Notes: generated by a model from the sequence alone, not told the origin. A stretch of DNA of 64,000 bases from Candidatus Campbellbacteria bacterium (GCA_034521025.1 JAXHMZ010000003.1:15726-79725), one strand, 5' to 3'. Counted from the first letter of the stretch, positions 50,167-60,853 are shown. A program made the numbers and translations.

Positions 50167-51054
50167 ATGACACACAAGACTGTTCTTTTACACGAAACCA
50201 TTGACGGATTAGATTTTCATCCGGGAGATACATTCCTGGATGGAACCTTTAACGACGGAGGTCATTCGGTCGAAGTATGTAAGACGCACCAGGGATCCGT
50301 TCGGATCATTGGAATTGACTTAGACAGTGACGCTTTATCGAGAGCAAGAGAGGTATTTTTAGAAAAACCATGTAGGATCACCCTACATGAAGAAAATTTC
50401 AAAAACCTCGATACTGTACTAGATGAAGAAGACATAGAAGAAGTAGACGCCATACTTTTTGATCTAGGATTCTCAAGTGTTCAACTAGAAGAATCGGGCA
50501 GAGGCTTTTCATTCCTTCGCGATGAACCTCTGAAGATGACCTTGTCCAAAGAAGAAAGCGGTTTAACGGCCAAAGAGATAGTGAACGAATGGGACCAAGA
50601 ACACATAGAGTCAATTATCAGACACTATGGTGAAGAAAGAAGGGCAAAGAAGATCGCAGAAAAGATCGTCGAGGCAAGAAGCGAAAAGCCTATCACTAGC
50701 ACTAAAGAACTAGCTGAAATAATTTCTGAAGCAACGGGGAAGAGAAAAAGCAAAATCCATCCGGCTACAAAAACATTTCAGGCTTTGCGCATAACCGTCA
50801 ATGATGAAATCGAATCCCTAAAAACAGGTTTAGAAAAAGGCTTTGAAAGGCTCTCGCCTGATGGAAGGTTTGCAGTTATAAGCTTTCACAGTCTCGAAGA
50901 TAGAATCGTTAAACGATTTTTCAGAAATAAGCACAGAGAAGGCTTAGCTCTAAACCTTACCAAAAAACCAATAACTCCAACCCCAGAAGAAATACAAAAT
51001 AATAGAAGATCCAGAAGTGCTAAATTAAGAATTATTAAAAAATTAAAGATATGA
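50167..51054 (+). CDS. rsmH: 16S rRNA m4C1402 methyltransferase
   Basis: HKTVLL, DLGFSSVQL, ISFHSLEDRIVK, RSRSAKLR. Confidence 0.95.
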   Translation: MTHKTVLLHETIDGLDFHPGDTFLDGTFNDGGHSVEVCKTHQGSVRIIGIDLDSDALSRAREVFLEKPCRITLHEENFKNLDTVLDEEDIEEVDAILFDLGFSSVQLEESGRGFSFLRDEPLKMTLSKEESGLTAKEIVNEWDQEHIESIIRHYGEERRAKKIAEKIVEARSEKPITSTKELAEIISEATGKRKSKIHPATKTFQALRITVNDEIESLKTGLEKGFERLSPDGRFAVISFHSLEDRIVKRFFRNKHREGLALNLTKKPITPTPEEIQNNRRSRSAKLRIIKKLKI

Positions 51055-51359
51055 AAACAGCTCGCGTAATAACATCACAGATCCTGCACAGAGAAAGAAT
51101 GACCACTTTGTTGATCGGATTGATCCTTCTGTTGTCCTTAAGCTATGTTTTCCTTGTAGTAGAAACTGTTTTAAATGCAGCAGAACAAAGAAGCATTGAA
51201 ATGGCAGTTGTAGACACTCAAAAGGAAATAGCAGATCTGCAGTTGACGTTCATGCAAAACGAAAACGATATAAGTCTTGACTATGCTTATGAACACGGCT
51301 TTCACGACGTCGACGAGAGGGTATTTGTAACCCGTAATACAAACCTCACTCTACGATAA
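51051..51359 (+). CDS. ftsL: FtsL-like cell division protein
   Basis: TM plus coiled coil between rsmH and ftsI (synteny-based). Confidence 0.6.
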   Translation: MKTARVITSQILHRERMTTLLIGLILLLSLSYVFLVVETVLNAAEQRSIEMAVVDTQKEIADLQLTFMQNENDISLDYAYEHGFHDVDERVFVTRNTNLTLR

Positions 51360-51365
51360 TAGTCT

Positions 51366-53087
51366 ATGAGAAAGAAGGAGCCAGGAACACTTGGACTCAA
51401 GTTCATCCTAGTGACTACATTTGTGGCGGCTATTGTTATCGTAACGAAATTGTTTTTTATACAAATTGTAGAAGGAAACGAGTACGAGAACCGTGCCGCA
51501 AACCAATATATTCGTCCCATACACCAACTGTTTAACAGGGGGGATATTTATATGCAACCACGAGAAGGAGAGCCGTTGCCAGTCGCGATGATAGAAACAA
51601 CGTATGTCCTATACATAAATCCACAAGTATTGAGTAATCCCGTAGAGACCTTTAAAAAAATAAATGAAATAACAGAAATTGATGAAGAATCTTATTTTAA
51701 AAAAACAGCAAAACTAGAAGATCCTTATGAAATTTTGAAACGGGACCTACCTGAAGAAGTAAAAGAAGAAATAAGTGATTTAAATATAAAAGGCGTTTCT
51801 ACACACCCAGAAAGAAAGCGCTATTACCCATCAGGATCACTAGCTTCACAGGTCATTGGTTTTATGAGTTATGACAAAAACGAACTGGTTGGTACTTATG
51901 GTATAGAAAGAGAATTTCAAGATATTCTAGAAGATAAAAACAACGAAGGACACATTAATATTTTTGCGGAAGTCCTTTTAAACAATCCAGTAACCGAAAA
52001 TAACGAAAGAGAAGGGAACGCCGACGTTGTTCTGACTCTTGAACCTTCAATACAAATATTTGTAGAAAAGGAATTAAAGAACTTAAGAGAAAAGTACAAC
52101 GCCAAACAAGCTGGGGCGATAGTAATGGATCCCAATACCGGCAAGATAGTATCTATGGCATCAAGTCCGACCTTTGACTTGAATCAATTCAGTAGCGCAA
52201 ATTCGGAATACTACTCTAATCCTAATGTCTCAAACGTATATGAAATGGGATCTATAATGAAAGCTCTAACAATGGCGGTCGGGTTGGAATCCGGAGCTAT
52301 ATCGACAGATAGTACATTTTACGACAAAGGATACATTGAAGCCGACGGATACAAGATCACCAATGTATACAAAGGCGCACGTGGGGAAACAAGTATGCAA
52401 GGAATAATAGACCACTCAATGAATACGGGTGCTTCTTGGATAGTTGATCAAGTAGGCAAGAACAAATTTGCAGATTATTTTAGATCATTAGGATTAGGAG
52501 AGAGAACAGGCATTTCACTTCCGAGTGAAGCCAGTGGTTTAATTGACAACTTAGAAAGTCCGCGAAAAATCGAGTACTATACGGCTTCTTTTGGTCAAGG
52601 TATAGCAACTACGCCGATAGCTACCGTCAGAGCATTGTCGGCACTTGCAAACGGTGGGAAATTGGTAGATCCATACATAGTTGATGAGATCTACCAAGCT
52701 GACGGAAGTACAAAAACTCCGAAAAGAAATGCGCCAAAACAAATATTTTCCGAAGAAACGACCACCCAAGTTTCGAGAATGTTGGTTAATTTAGTAGATG
52801 AAACTCTTGACCTAATAATAGAAGGAGATCAAAGTATATCTACCCATACAGTAGCCGCGAAAACTGGTACGGCCCAAGTTTCTAGTGATCTAATTAGTGG
52901 ATACTCGGAAAGCGATTCGTTTCATTCCTTTTTTGGATATTTCCCGGCATATGATCCAAAATTTATAGTATTTTTATGGGTAGACCGTCCGGAAGGTGTT
53001 ACCTATGCTTCCGGGTCACTGACCAGTCCATTTTTTAACATTACTAATTACATGATCGATCATTACGCCATAAATCCAGATAGATAA
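51366..53087 (+). CDS. ftsI: Peptidoglycan D,D-transpeptidase FtsI/PBP3
   Basis: RYYPSG, YEMGSIMK, SMN, KTGTAQ. Confidence 0.9.
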   Translation: MRKKEPGTLGLKFILVTTFVAAIVIVTKLFFIQIVEGNEYENRAANQYIRPIHQLFNRGDIYMQPREGEPLPVAMIETTYVLYINPQVLSNPVETFKKINEITEIDEESYFKKTAKLEDPYEILKRDLPEEVKEEISDLNIKGVSTHPERKRYYPSGSLASQVIGFMSYDKNELVGTYGIEREFQDILEDKNNEGHINIFAEVLLNNPVTENNEREGNADVVLTLEPSIQIFVEKELKNLREKYNAKQAGAIVMDPNTGKIVSMASSPTFDLNQFSSANSEYYSNPNVSNVYEMGSIMKALTMAVGLESGAISTDSTFYDKGYIEADGYKITNVYKGARGETSMQGIIDHSMNTGASWIVDQVGKNKFADYFRSLGLGERTGISLPSEASGLIDNLESPRKIEYYTASFGQGIATTPIATVRALSALANGGKLVDPYIVDEIYQADGSTKTPKRNAPKQIFSEETTTQVSRMLVNLVDETLDLIIEGDQSISTHTVAAKTGTAQVSSDLISGYSESDSFHSFFGYFPAYDPKFIVFLWVDRPEGVTYASGSLTSPFFNITNYMIDHYAINPDR

Positions 53088-54382
53088 TGAAAAATATTAT
53101 TAAAAAAATTCTTATTTCTATATTGCAGAATGAAGCGAAATTAGCTCTGAAGAGACACTCGCCATTTGTTATTGCCGTGGTCGGAAGCGTCGGCAAGACC
53201 TCTACAAAAGACGCTGTAGCGGCTGCGCTCTCTCCGGCGCTTAACGTAAGAAAAAGCAAAAAGAGCTATAACTCAGATATAGGGATCCCTTTAACAATCT
53301 TGGGATTAAATAACCCTTGGAGTAATCCTTTTCAATGGATCCTCGTGCTATTTAGAGGTTTAGTAGAAATATTTAACAAAGATTTTCCGGAAATACTTGT
53401 AATGGAAGTGGGCGCTGATCATCCAGGAGACATTTCTGAGTTATCAAGCTGGTTGAAAACAGATATCATTGTCGCGACTCAGTTTGCAAAAGTTCCGGTG
53501 CACATAGAGAACTTCCCATCAAGAGAAGCAGTTCTTCAGGAGAAACTTTCTATACTAAAGACATTAAAACCCGACGGTTATATCATTGCCAATTCAGACG
53601 ATGAAGAGTTTACTGAAGCATTTAAAGATATGAATCGTAAGGCAGAAATATACACCTACGGACTTATGCCTCCAGCTTACGCGCTGGGATCAAGCGAGCA
53701 ATTCACGTTTGATGAAAACGATAGGGTTAACGGATTCACTTTTAAAATCGAGTGCGAGAGCAATGTATTCCCAATCAAGGTTAAAAACGTGTTGGGCGAC
53801 CAACATAAATATCCAATACTGGCAGGATTTACAGTAGCTAAGGTACTAGACATAAATACTGTTTTGGTACTAGACGGACTAAGTACGATCAAGTACGAGC
53901 CGGGAAGAATGAGAATAATTGAGGGCGTTAAAGATAGTACAATAATAGATGATTCATACAATTCTTCTCCAATCGCAACCAGACGCGCTCTTGAAGCTTT
54001 TACGAGAGTACCGAGTACAGGCAAGAAAATAGCGATACTTGGTGAAATGCTAGAACTGGGAAAGTATGGAGAAGAAGAGCATAAAAAAATGGGCGGGCTG
54101 GCAGCTTCTTCCTCAGACATTTTAGTGGCCGTAGGAAAATTTGCTAGAGACACCGCCGAAGGCGCGCTGGTTACCGGAATGGATGAAAGTTACATACTAC
54201 AATTTGAAAATGCTAGAGAAGCAGGAAAATACGTGGAACATTTGATCGAGAAAGGGGACTTGGTGCTGATAAAGGGCTCACAGGGGACTAGAATGGAAAA
54301 AGCAGTTATCGAGCTTATGGCACACCCGGAGGACAAGGAAAAATTATTAGCGCGCCAGGAGGAAGAGTGGTCAAGGAGGTAG
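53087..54382 (+). CDS. murF: UDP-N-acetylmuramoyl-tripeptide--D-Ala-D-Ala ligase
   Basis: GSVGKTSTK, DDSYNSSP, LGEMLELG, LIKGSQG. Confidence 0.92.
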   Translation: MKNIIKKILISILQNEAKLALKRHSPFVIAVVGSVGKTSTKDAVAAALSPALNVRKSKKSYNSDIGIPLTILGLNNPWSNPFQWILVLFRGLVEIFNKDFPEILVMEVGADHPGDISELSSWLKTDIIVATQFAKVPVHIENFPSREAVLQEKLSILKTLKPDGYIIANSDDEEFTEAFKDMNRKAEIYTYGLMPPAYALGSSEQFTFDENDRVNGFTFKIECESNVFPIKVKNVLGDQHKYPILAGFTVAKVLDINTVLVLDGLSTIKYEPGRMRIIEGVKDSTIIDDSYNSSPIATRRALEAFTRVPSTGKKIAILGEMLELGKYGEEEHKKMGGLAASSSDILVAVGKFARDTAEGALVTGMDESYILQFENAREAGKYVEHLIEKGDLVLIKGSQGTRMEKAVIELMAHPEDKEKLLARQEEEWSRR

Positions 54383-54433
54383 GCTATTAGACAGGTTAGA
54401 TAAGTTGGGGTAAAATAACACTCGTCGCCATCC

Positions 54434-54505
54434 GGCCCTATCGTCTAACGGTTAGGACGTAAGCTTCTCAAGCTTAAAATCGGGGTTCGATTCCCCGTAG
54501 GGTCA
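54434..54505 (+). tRNA. tRNA-Glu (CTC), CCA not encoded
   Basis: ggccctatcgtctaacggttaggacg-taagc-ttCTCaa-gctta-aaatcggggttcgattccccgtagggtca cloverleaf. Confidence 0.93.
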
Positions 54506-55017
54506 CAAATGCAAATCGCCTTTACGGCGATTTTTGCATTTGTGATCCGGAGAGAAAGCAAATTTCTTTGCTTTCGTGGGACCTGTTCGCCATTGCAAGA
54601 AACCGAGCCGCGTCCAGCAGTACTTTGTATTTTTAAAGCGAAGCGAATAAAATGCTTAGATCTGCGGATCATTCGGTCACTGAAATAGTAAAGCCCGGCC
54701 TGCAAGGTCCGGGTTTTGCTATTTTAGTCCAGGGGATTCGAAAAGGTTGCCTGATATTTTGCGAATTTATGAAGTAAAATATCGACAACCTGTACTGATC
54801 ATGTAATGATCGATTCCCGTAGGTCACGAACGAAGTGAGAAGACACTAAGCGAAGCAATTTCTTGCTTCGTGACGGGGATTCGAAAAGGTCGAGTATATC
54901 CGCACAGCTTTCAGCACGATAAAGACTATACGAATCTGTAAGATTCGATTCCCCGTAGGGTCACTGAAATAGTAAAGCCCGGCCTGCAAGGTCCGGGTTT
55001 TGTTGTTTTAGTCCAGG
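54486..55017. repeat. tRNA-3'-end-linked array of hairpin modules
   Basis: tRNA 3' end repeated at 54810-54827 (degenerate) and 54944-54964 (21 bp exact); 44-bp direct repeat 54675-54718/54959-55002; ggggattcgaaaaggt at 54732 and 54875. Confidence 0.85.
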
Positions 55018-55060
55018 AGATTTTAAAATGACTTCTTGGGCTATTTAAGATACACCAATC

Positions 55061-56044
55061 TTATTCCTCTGGCTCCTCGGCTGGACTTCTTTTAGGGAGG
55101 TTTTGAACGTAGCTATAAGCTGCCAGAGCTGCTTTTACAGCGTCTCCGGCTGCCGTATTATTCTGCTTATACGGATCGTCCGTAACATCTCCCGCGGCAT
55201 ATAATCCGGGCTGGGAAGTACTTCCGTGTCTTGGATCTATTTTTATTTGACCGTGATCATCTGTTTCAACCATATCTTCAACCAATTCAGAGTTTGGTAT
55301 TGACCCGATCTCGACAAATACACCGCCTGCTTCTATGGTTTTTTCTTCGCCGTTTTCATCTTTATATACAACCCCCTCTACAGTCTGAGATCCGGTTATT
55401 TCTTGGGCCGACGCGTTTGTGATCACTTCAATTTTTTCTTCTGAGTTGATACGATCTACCGTTGCCGTATCTGCGGTAAGTTGATCTTTATTCTGAAGGA
55501 TAGTTACTTTTTCGGCGTAGGGAAGAAGATCAACGGCGGCTTCCGCGCCAGCATTACCGCCCCCAACTACAACGACTTTCTTGTCACTGAATAGAGGAGC
55601 GTCGCAGGTTGCGCAGTAACTGACGCCTGTGCCCTCTAAGCGATCTTCTCCGGGTATGCCCAACTTTCTTCGCCTACCACCAAGTGCGTATATAACACTT
55701 TTGGCTCTGTAAGTATCTCCACTCTCAGTAGTGACCACGAAGTCACATACTCGCGCTTCGTCTTCGCAGGCAACTTTCTCTATTTTAGTTACTGTCTCGG
55801 GAGTTTTGATGTCCACATCTTCTTTATATTTTTTGACGTGTTTTTCTAACTTCATTGCAAGCTCAAAGCCACTTATTTCTTCTTCTCCTATCCAGTTCTC
55901 GATCTCACTTGCCACCACTGATTGTCCGCCAAATTCTTTTGTGATCAGTAGAGTTTTAATTTTCTTTCTAGCGGCATAGACCGCGGCAGCGACTCCGGCT
56001 GGACCCCCGCCTAATATTACCGTGTCGTATAAAGTATCATTCAT
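55061..56044 (-). CDS. trxB: Thioredoxin-disulfide reductase (TrxB/AhpF C-terminal type)
   Basis: GGGPAG, GVSYCATCD, VVGGGNAG, AAGDVT. Confidence 0.9.
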   Translation of the reverse strand: MNDTLYDTVILGGGPAGVAAAVYAARKKIKTLLITKEFGGQSVVASEIENWIGEEEISGFELAMKLEKHVKKYKEDVDIKTPETVTKIEKVACEDEARVCDFVVTTESGDTYRAKSVIYALGGRRRKLGIPGEDRLEGTGVSYCATCDAPLFSDKKVVVVGGGNAGAEAAVDLLPYAEKVTILQNKDQLTADTATVDRINSEEKIEVITNASAQEITGSQTVEGVVYKDENGEEKTIEAGGVFVEIGSIPNSELVEDMVETDDHGQIKIDPRHGSTSQPGLYAAGDVTDDPYKQNNTAAGDAVKAALAAYSYVQNLPKRSPAEEPEE

Positions 56045-56055
56045 AGGTTTTGTTG

Positions 56056-56415
56056 TTAGTTCTCTTCTTCGGCGGTAGCACCTTCAAGCGAATAACCGCC
56101 GTCTTGCCAGTCCGCTAAGCCGCCTTCGAAATCATATACCTCTGTATATCCCATCTCAGAAAGCTTGTGAGCCGCAAACGGAGAAAGCTGACAAGAAAAG
56201 CTTCCGCAATAGACCACTACGGGCTTGTCTTTTTCGGGTACCATTTCCTGAATCTTTTCTTGAAAATCAGATTCTTTGACACTAGCGTGCTTAGCTCCGG
56301 GTAAATGCTTGGAGTTATAGGATCCCTCGGAAAGTACATCTACTAGCACAAAGTCTTTCTCCTCGTCCATCCAACTTTTAAGTTCTTCTCGAGTTAATGT
56401 TTTAAATTCTTCCAT
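56056..56415 (-). CDS. Rhodanese-like domain protein
   Basis: HLPGA, VVVYCGSFSC, FEGGLADW. Confidence 0.9.
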   Translation of the reverse strand: MEEFKTLTREELKSWMDEEKDFVLVDVLSEGSYNSKHLPGAKHASVKESDFQEKIQEMVPEKDKPVVVYCGSFSCQLSPFAAHKLSEMGYTEVYDFEGGLADWQDGGYSLEGATAEEEN

Positions 56416-56435
56416 AATTTATTGATTTATTACTT

Positions 56436-57458
56436 CTAGTTTACATAAGGAGCCAGAGACTTTACGTGCTCTAGCAGTGTCTGCGTGTAACCCCATTCAT
56501 TATCATACCAAGCCATAACTTTTACCAAGTTGCCGCCGAGAACTTTAGTTTCAGGCATAGCCACGATCGCGCCATAGGGTTCGCCGATAATATCGCTCGA
56601 AACCAACTTTTCGGAAGTTACGGAAAGGGTTTTTTGCCATTTTTCTTCTTTACTCGCGTTCGTGAATATTTCATTTATCTCTTCAGCCGTAGTATCTCGA
56701 CTGGCAACAAAAATGAAATCTACAACCGAACCTGTAATTACCGGCACCCTTATAGCCATAGCGTCAAACGTATTTTCCTCTAGAAAGGGCAATGCCTTGG
56801 GAGCAGCTTCTGCTGCTGAAGTTGTGGTCAATACTATATTCTGAGCGCCTGCTCTACCTCTTTCAAATTTTCCGTTAGGACCATCAACTATATTTTGTGA
56901 AGCTGTATAACCGTGAACCGTTGTCATAAATCCACGTTCTATTCCAACTGACATCTCAAGAAGAGATGCCAATGGCACAATAGCGTTAGTAGTGCAAGAA
57001 CCGTCAGAGGTAATTTTATCCAAGGTCTCACTAAAGTCGTTGGCACCCAGTATTACGTGATCAACTCCACCTTTAGCATTCGCTGAAATTACAACTCGCT
57101 TTGCGCCCGCCTTGATGTGTCCGGCGGCTTTTTCTTTCTCAGTAAATACTCCGGTTGACTCCACCACCACATCAACGTCTAACTCTTTCCAAGGAAGGTC
57201 GTTCGGATCAGACTCATTAATAAATCTAACTTTTTCTCCATCTACTGAGAGGTACCGTGTATCTCCATCCGACTCCATTTTTACCTCCTTGTTATAACGG
57301 CCATAAGCGGAATCAAACCGTAGTAGATAAACAAGATTTTCAAGCTCTCCTAAGTCATTGATCGCGACAATTTCAACTTTCTCATCATCTAGAGCTTGCT
57401 TGAAGAAGGCACGGCCGATCCTTCCAAAACCATTTATTGCAACTTTTAATTTATCCAT
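56436..57458 (-). CDS. gap: Glyceraldehyde-3-phosphate dehydrogenase type I
   Basis: INGFGRIGR, SCTTN, WYDNEWGY. Confidence 0.95.
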   Translation of the reverse strand: MDKLKVAINGFGRIGRAFFKQALDDEKVEIVAINDLGELENLVYLLRFDSAYGRYNKEVKMESDGDTRYLSVDGEKVRFINESDPNDLPWKELDVDVVVESTGVFTEKEKAAGHIKAGAKRVVISANAKGGVDHVILGANDFSETLDKITSDGSCTTNAIVPLASLLEMSVGIERGFMTTVHGYTASQNIVDGPNGKFERGRAGAQNIVLTTTSAAEAAPKALPFLEENTFDAMAIRVPVITGSVVDFIFVASRDTTAEEINEIFTNASKEEKWQKTLSVTSEKLVSSDIIGEPYGAIVAMPETKVLGGNLVKVMAWYDNEWGYTQTLLEHVKSLAPYVN

Positions 57459-57573
57459 ACGAAAACTTTGTAATTAAAACGATATTACTAATAAATAGAA
57501 CAACAACTGCTCATCAATAGCGCCTATGCTTTTATTTTAACTTTTATGGAAAATATTTGAAAACCAAGATATT

Positions 57574-57613
57574 AAAATAAATGCTTCAATCTATAGATTG
57601 AAGCATTTATTTT
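57574..57613. repeat. Perfect 40-bp palindrome, copy 2
   Basis: aaaataaatgcttcaatcta|tagattgaagcatttatttt. Confidence 0.9.
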
Positions 57614-57645
57614 TCGGTAGAATTTAAGTAAGAATATCGATATAG

Positions 57646-58098
57646 CTAAGATATGCTATTTTTAACTATCTCTTGAACTCTTTTTCCATCCGCGCGCGAT
57701 CCCACCTCTTTCATAACTGCCCCTATAAGACGGCCCATATCTTTTGCTTCAGAAATTTCTAGCTCTTTTTTCTTTTTTTCGACCAATTCCTGTATTTCCT
57801 CGTCGTTTAATTGAGTTGGTAAATATCCTTCCAATACTTCGAGCTCTGATCGTTCTTTTGCGACAAGTTCGTCACGGCCGGCCTTTTTGTATTGCTCAAT
57901 AGAATCCTTACGCTGATTGATCTTACGTCGTACTACCTTGAGAGCGTTCTCGTCGTCTAAAAGATCATCCGGTTTTTTACCTAGAGAGACGAGCTCATTT
58001 GTGAACGCGCTCTTCAGGTCTCGTATAACAGACAGCCGCACCGCTTCTCGCGCTTTCATAGCCTCTTTTAATTCTCTGTTGAGATCTTCGTGGATCAT
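57646..58098 (-). CDS. GatB/YqeY domain protein
   Basis: LKEAMKA, QRKDSIEQY, YLPTQL, KDMGRLIG, ADGKRV. Confidence 0.92.
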   Translation of the reverse strand: MIHEDLNRELKEAMKAREAVRLSVIRDLKSAFTNELVSLGKKPDDLLDDENALKVVRRKINQRKDSIEQYKKAGRDELVAKERSELEVLEGYLPTQLNDEEIQELVEKKKKELEISEAKDMGRLIGAVMKEVGSRADGKRVQEIVKNSIS

Positions 58099-58154
58099 AT
58101 TTGATATACTGAATGGGTAAATCTAATACTTCTAGTATACAAGAAATAGCTCAC

Positions 58155-60830
58155 ATGAACGAGTCGAACAAAGATCATTATCAACTGGATCCCGAAAACA
58201 CCTTAGAATCCTTAGGTGTCGATCGAGAAACCGGACTTACTTCCGACGAGGTTAAAAAGCGGCTTGAAAAATACGGCACTAACACATTCGAAAAGGGGAA
58301 GGAGAAAACACTTTGGGATAGCTTCTTAAAGCAAATCAAAAACCCTCTTGTTTACATACTTTTTGGGGCACTGGTTGCAACTATTTTTCTCGAGGAATTT
58401 CTTGATGCCATAGTTATAGCGATAGCCATTACCTTGAATACCGTTATAGGAATGGTTCAGGAGGGTAGGGCATCACAGGCTTTCCAAAAACTTTCTGAAT
58501 CACAGGAGAAGTTTGCCTCTGTAATTCGAAATAATAAACGCAGTGTAATATCAACAGAAAAGCTTTTACCCGGAGATATTGTGCTAGTTGAAGCGGGCAG
58601 TAATGTACCAGCTGATCTGCGCATTATAGAATCTCGAAACCTGCAAACAGACGAATCCGCACTCACTGGAGAATCGAAAGCAGTCTCAAAGACGAGTGAT
58701 GCCATTACAGAAGAAGCAGAAATAACGGAGCAAAAGAATATGGCCTTTATGGGTACCTTGGCGGTAGCCGGCTCGGGTGTCGGAGTTGTAACCGCAACCG
58801 GCAACCAGACAGAGATAGGTAAGATCGCAAAAAATCTAGCAACCCTTGAGGCGGCCAAAACACCTGTGCAAGAAAACCTAGAATCGCTCGCAAGTCTTTT
58901 AGCCAAAGGTGTTGTCTTCATTTTGGCCTTCGTTATTTTGGTCGGAGTTTTACAAGACCGAGCGCTTGGCGAAACTATTTTGATCTCGGTTGCTATAGCC
59001 GTAAGTATTTTGCCGGAGGGACTACCCGCTTCCGTAACTGTGGTACTTGCGATAGGTATGGAGGCCATATTAAAAAAGGGCGGACTTGTTAAAAACCTTT
59101 TGGCAGCAGAGACACTTGGATCTACCACTACTATATTGACTGACAAAACAGGGACTCTTACGCAAGCCAGAATGAGTCTCGATGAGATAATAACTACCAG
59201 CACAATCGATGAAGAGTCTAAAGACGACAAGGTAGACCCCATAGACGACCAAGATCAAAGATCACTACTACTGACGGCACTGCGAGCATCAGACGCGTTT
59301 GTCACCGAAGAAGAAGGGGAGATCGTGGTAAAGGGAAGACCGATCGAGAAAGCGCTTTTAGAAGCGGCGCTTAAGTTAGATATTTCAAAAGAAAAACTTG
59401 ATAAAGAGCAAAAACAACTGGACTTTTTGCCGTTTGAATCCAAAAACAGGTTTGCGGCTTCATTAAATGAAACCCCTCAAGGTGAAATTCTACATATTAG
59501 CGGCGCACCGGAGGTACTTTTAAATTCAGCCAACAGGATATTCATAGATAATGAAGATAAAGAAATTACTGATGACATCAGAGAAAAGTTCCAAAAAAGA
59601 CTGAAGTCGGAAAGCGAGAAAGGTAGCAGAGTTATCGCTATCTCATACAAACCGTCTTCGAAAAATGAACTTGCCCAATATCGAAACGAAGACACTGAGA
59701 AACTATTAGATGATTCAATTTTCGTAGGATTGATAACCTTGAAAGACCCTATACGGGAAGATGTTCCAAAAGCCGTTAGTACCGCTCTTGAAGCGGGCAC
59801 AAGGGTTATTATGCTTACTGGCGACCTTCCTGAAACAGCCAAGAGTATCGCGGTTGAAGCGGGTATTGCTACAGAAAAGAGTCAGGTAATACTGGGCAAA
59901 GAGACCACAAAAATGGAGGATAAAGAACTGCTAGGGGTGCTGAAAAATAACACCGTATTCGCCAGAGTATTACCCGATCAAAAGCTTCGTATTTCAGAGC
60001 TACTAAAGCAAGACAAAGAAATTGTAGCCATGACCGGAGACGGAGTGAACGACGCACCGGCACTGCGAAACGCCAATATCGGTGTCGCAGTCGGCAGTGG
60101 AACTGAAGTAGCTAAAGCTTCTTCGGACTTGATACTTCTTGACGACAGTTTCGCCATAGTTGTTTCGGCCATCGCCGAAGGTAGGCGGATCATCAGTAAT
60201 CTTAAAAAGATTACCTCGTATTTGTTGTCTACAAATGTAGGTGAATGTATAGCCCTGGTTGGCTCTTTAGTTCTCGCGTTTCCATTACCGCTATTACCAA
60301 CACAAATACTTTGGGTAAATATTATTGGCGAGGGTTTGTTGAATTTTGCCCTAGCGTTTGAGCCAGCAGAGAAGGGAAGTATGAAACGGAGTCCACGCAT
60401 AGCCAGTATGAGAAATGTATTGTCTATTAATGTTAAAAAGTTGATCCTTATTGTGGGAATTTCTACCGGAGTTATTTTGCTTTCGCTTTTCTATTTCCTA
60501 TTACAAACTACTCTTTCGATAGAAGAAGTTCGTACAATTATGTTCATAACTCTATCAATGGGAACAACTCTATACGCGTTCTCGTTTAAAAATTTAACCC
60601 ACTCTATCTTTAAAACAAACTTGTTTTCAAATCGCTTCCTTATAGTTGCTTTGTTCATTAACATATTTATCCTCTACCTCTCCTTGACGGTTCCGGCGCT
60701 GCAAACTCTTCTTTCGCTTGTTCCTCTTAGCATTGATATCCTTGCTATCGCCTTGGCCGCAAGCGTGGCAAACCTCATAGTTATAGAACTTGGAAAGGTC
60801 ATAGTCTTTGGACGCAACAGAGCAAAATAG
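58155..60830 (+). CDS. P-type cation-transporting ATPase (P2A-like)
   Basis: LTGES, PEGLP, DKTGTLT, TGDGVNDAPAL. Confidence 0.93.
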   Translation: MNESNKDHYQLDPENTLESLGVDRETGLTSDEVKKRLEKYGTNTFEKGKEKTLWDSFLKQIKNPLVYILFGALVATIFLEEFLDAIVIAIAITLNTVIGMVQEGRASQAFQKLSESQEKFASVIRNNKRSVISTEKLLPGDIVLVEAGSNVPADLRIIESRNLQTDESALTGESKAVSKTSDAITEEAEITEQKNMAFMGTLAVAGSGVGVVTATGNQTEIGKIAKNLATLEAAKTPVQENLESLASLLAKGVVFILAFVILVGVLQDRALGETILISVAIAVSILPEGLPASVTVVLAIGMEAILKKGGLVKNLLAAETLGSTTTILTDKTGTLTQARMSLDEIITTSTIDEESKDDKVDPIDDQDQRSLLLTALRASDAFVTEEEGEIVVKGRPIEKALLEAALKLDISKEKLDKEQKQLDFLPFESKNRFAASLNETPQGEILHISGAPEVLLNSANRIFIDNEDKEITDDIREKFQKRLKSESEKGSRVIAISYKPSSKNELAQYRNEDTEKLLDDSIFVGLITLKDPIREDVPKAVSTALEAGTRVIMLTGDLPETAKSIAVEAGIATEKSQVILGKETTKMEDKELLGVLKNNTVFARVLPDQKLRISELLKQDKEIVAMTGDGVNDAPALRNANIGVAVGSGTEVAKASSDLILLDDSFAIVVSAIAEGRRIISNLKKITSYLLSTNVGECIALVGSLVLAFPLPLLPTQILWVNIIGEGLLNFALAFEPAEKGSMKRSPRIASMRNVLSINVKKLILIVGISTGVILLSLFYFLLQTTLSIEEVRTIMFITLSMGTTLYAFSFKNLTHSIFKTNLFSNRFLIVALFINIFILYLSLTVPALQTLLSLVPLSIDILAIALAASVANLIVIELGKVIVFGRNRAK

Positions 60831-60853
60831 GCGCTGTGGTACAATAGAGCAAT

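Noticed and set aside
54810-54964. Additional tRNA genes downstream of tRNA-Glu
   Set aside because: Only the T-arm/acceptor 3' fragments are present, with no D-arm or anticodon arm
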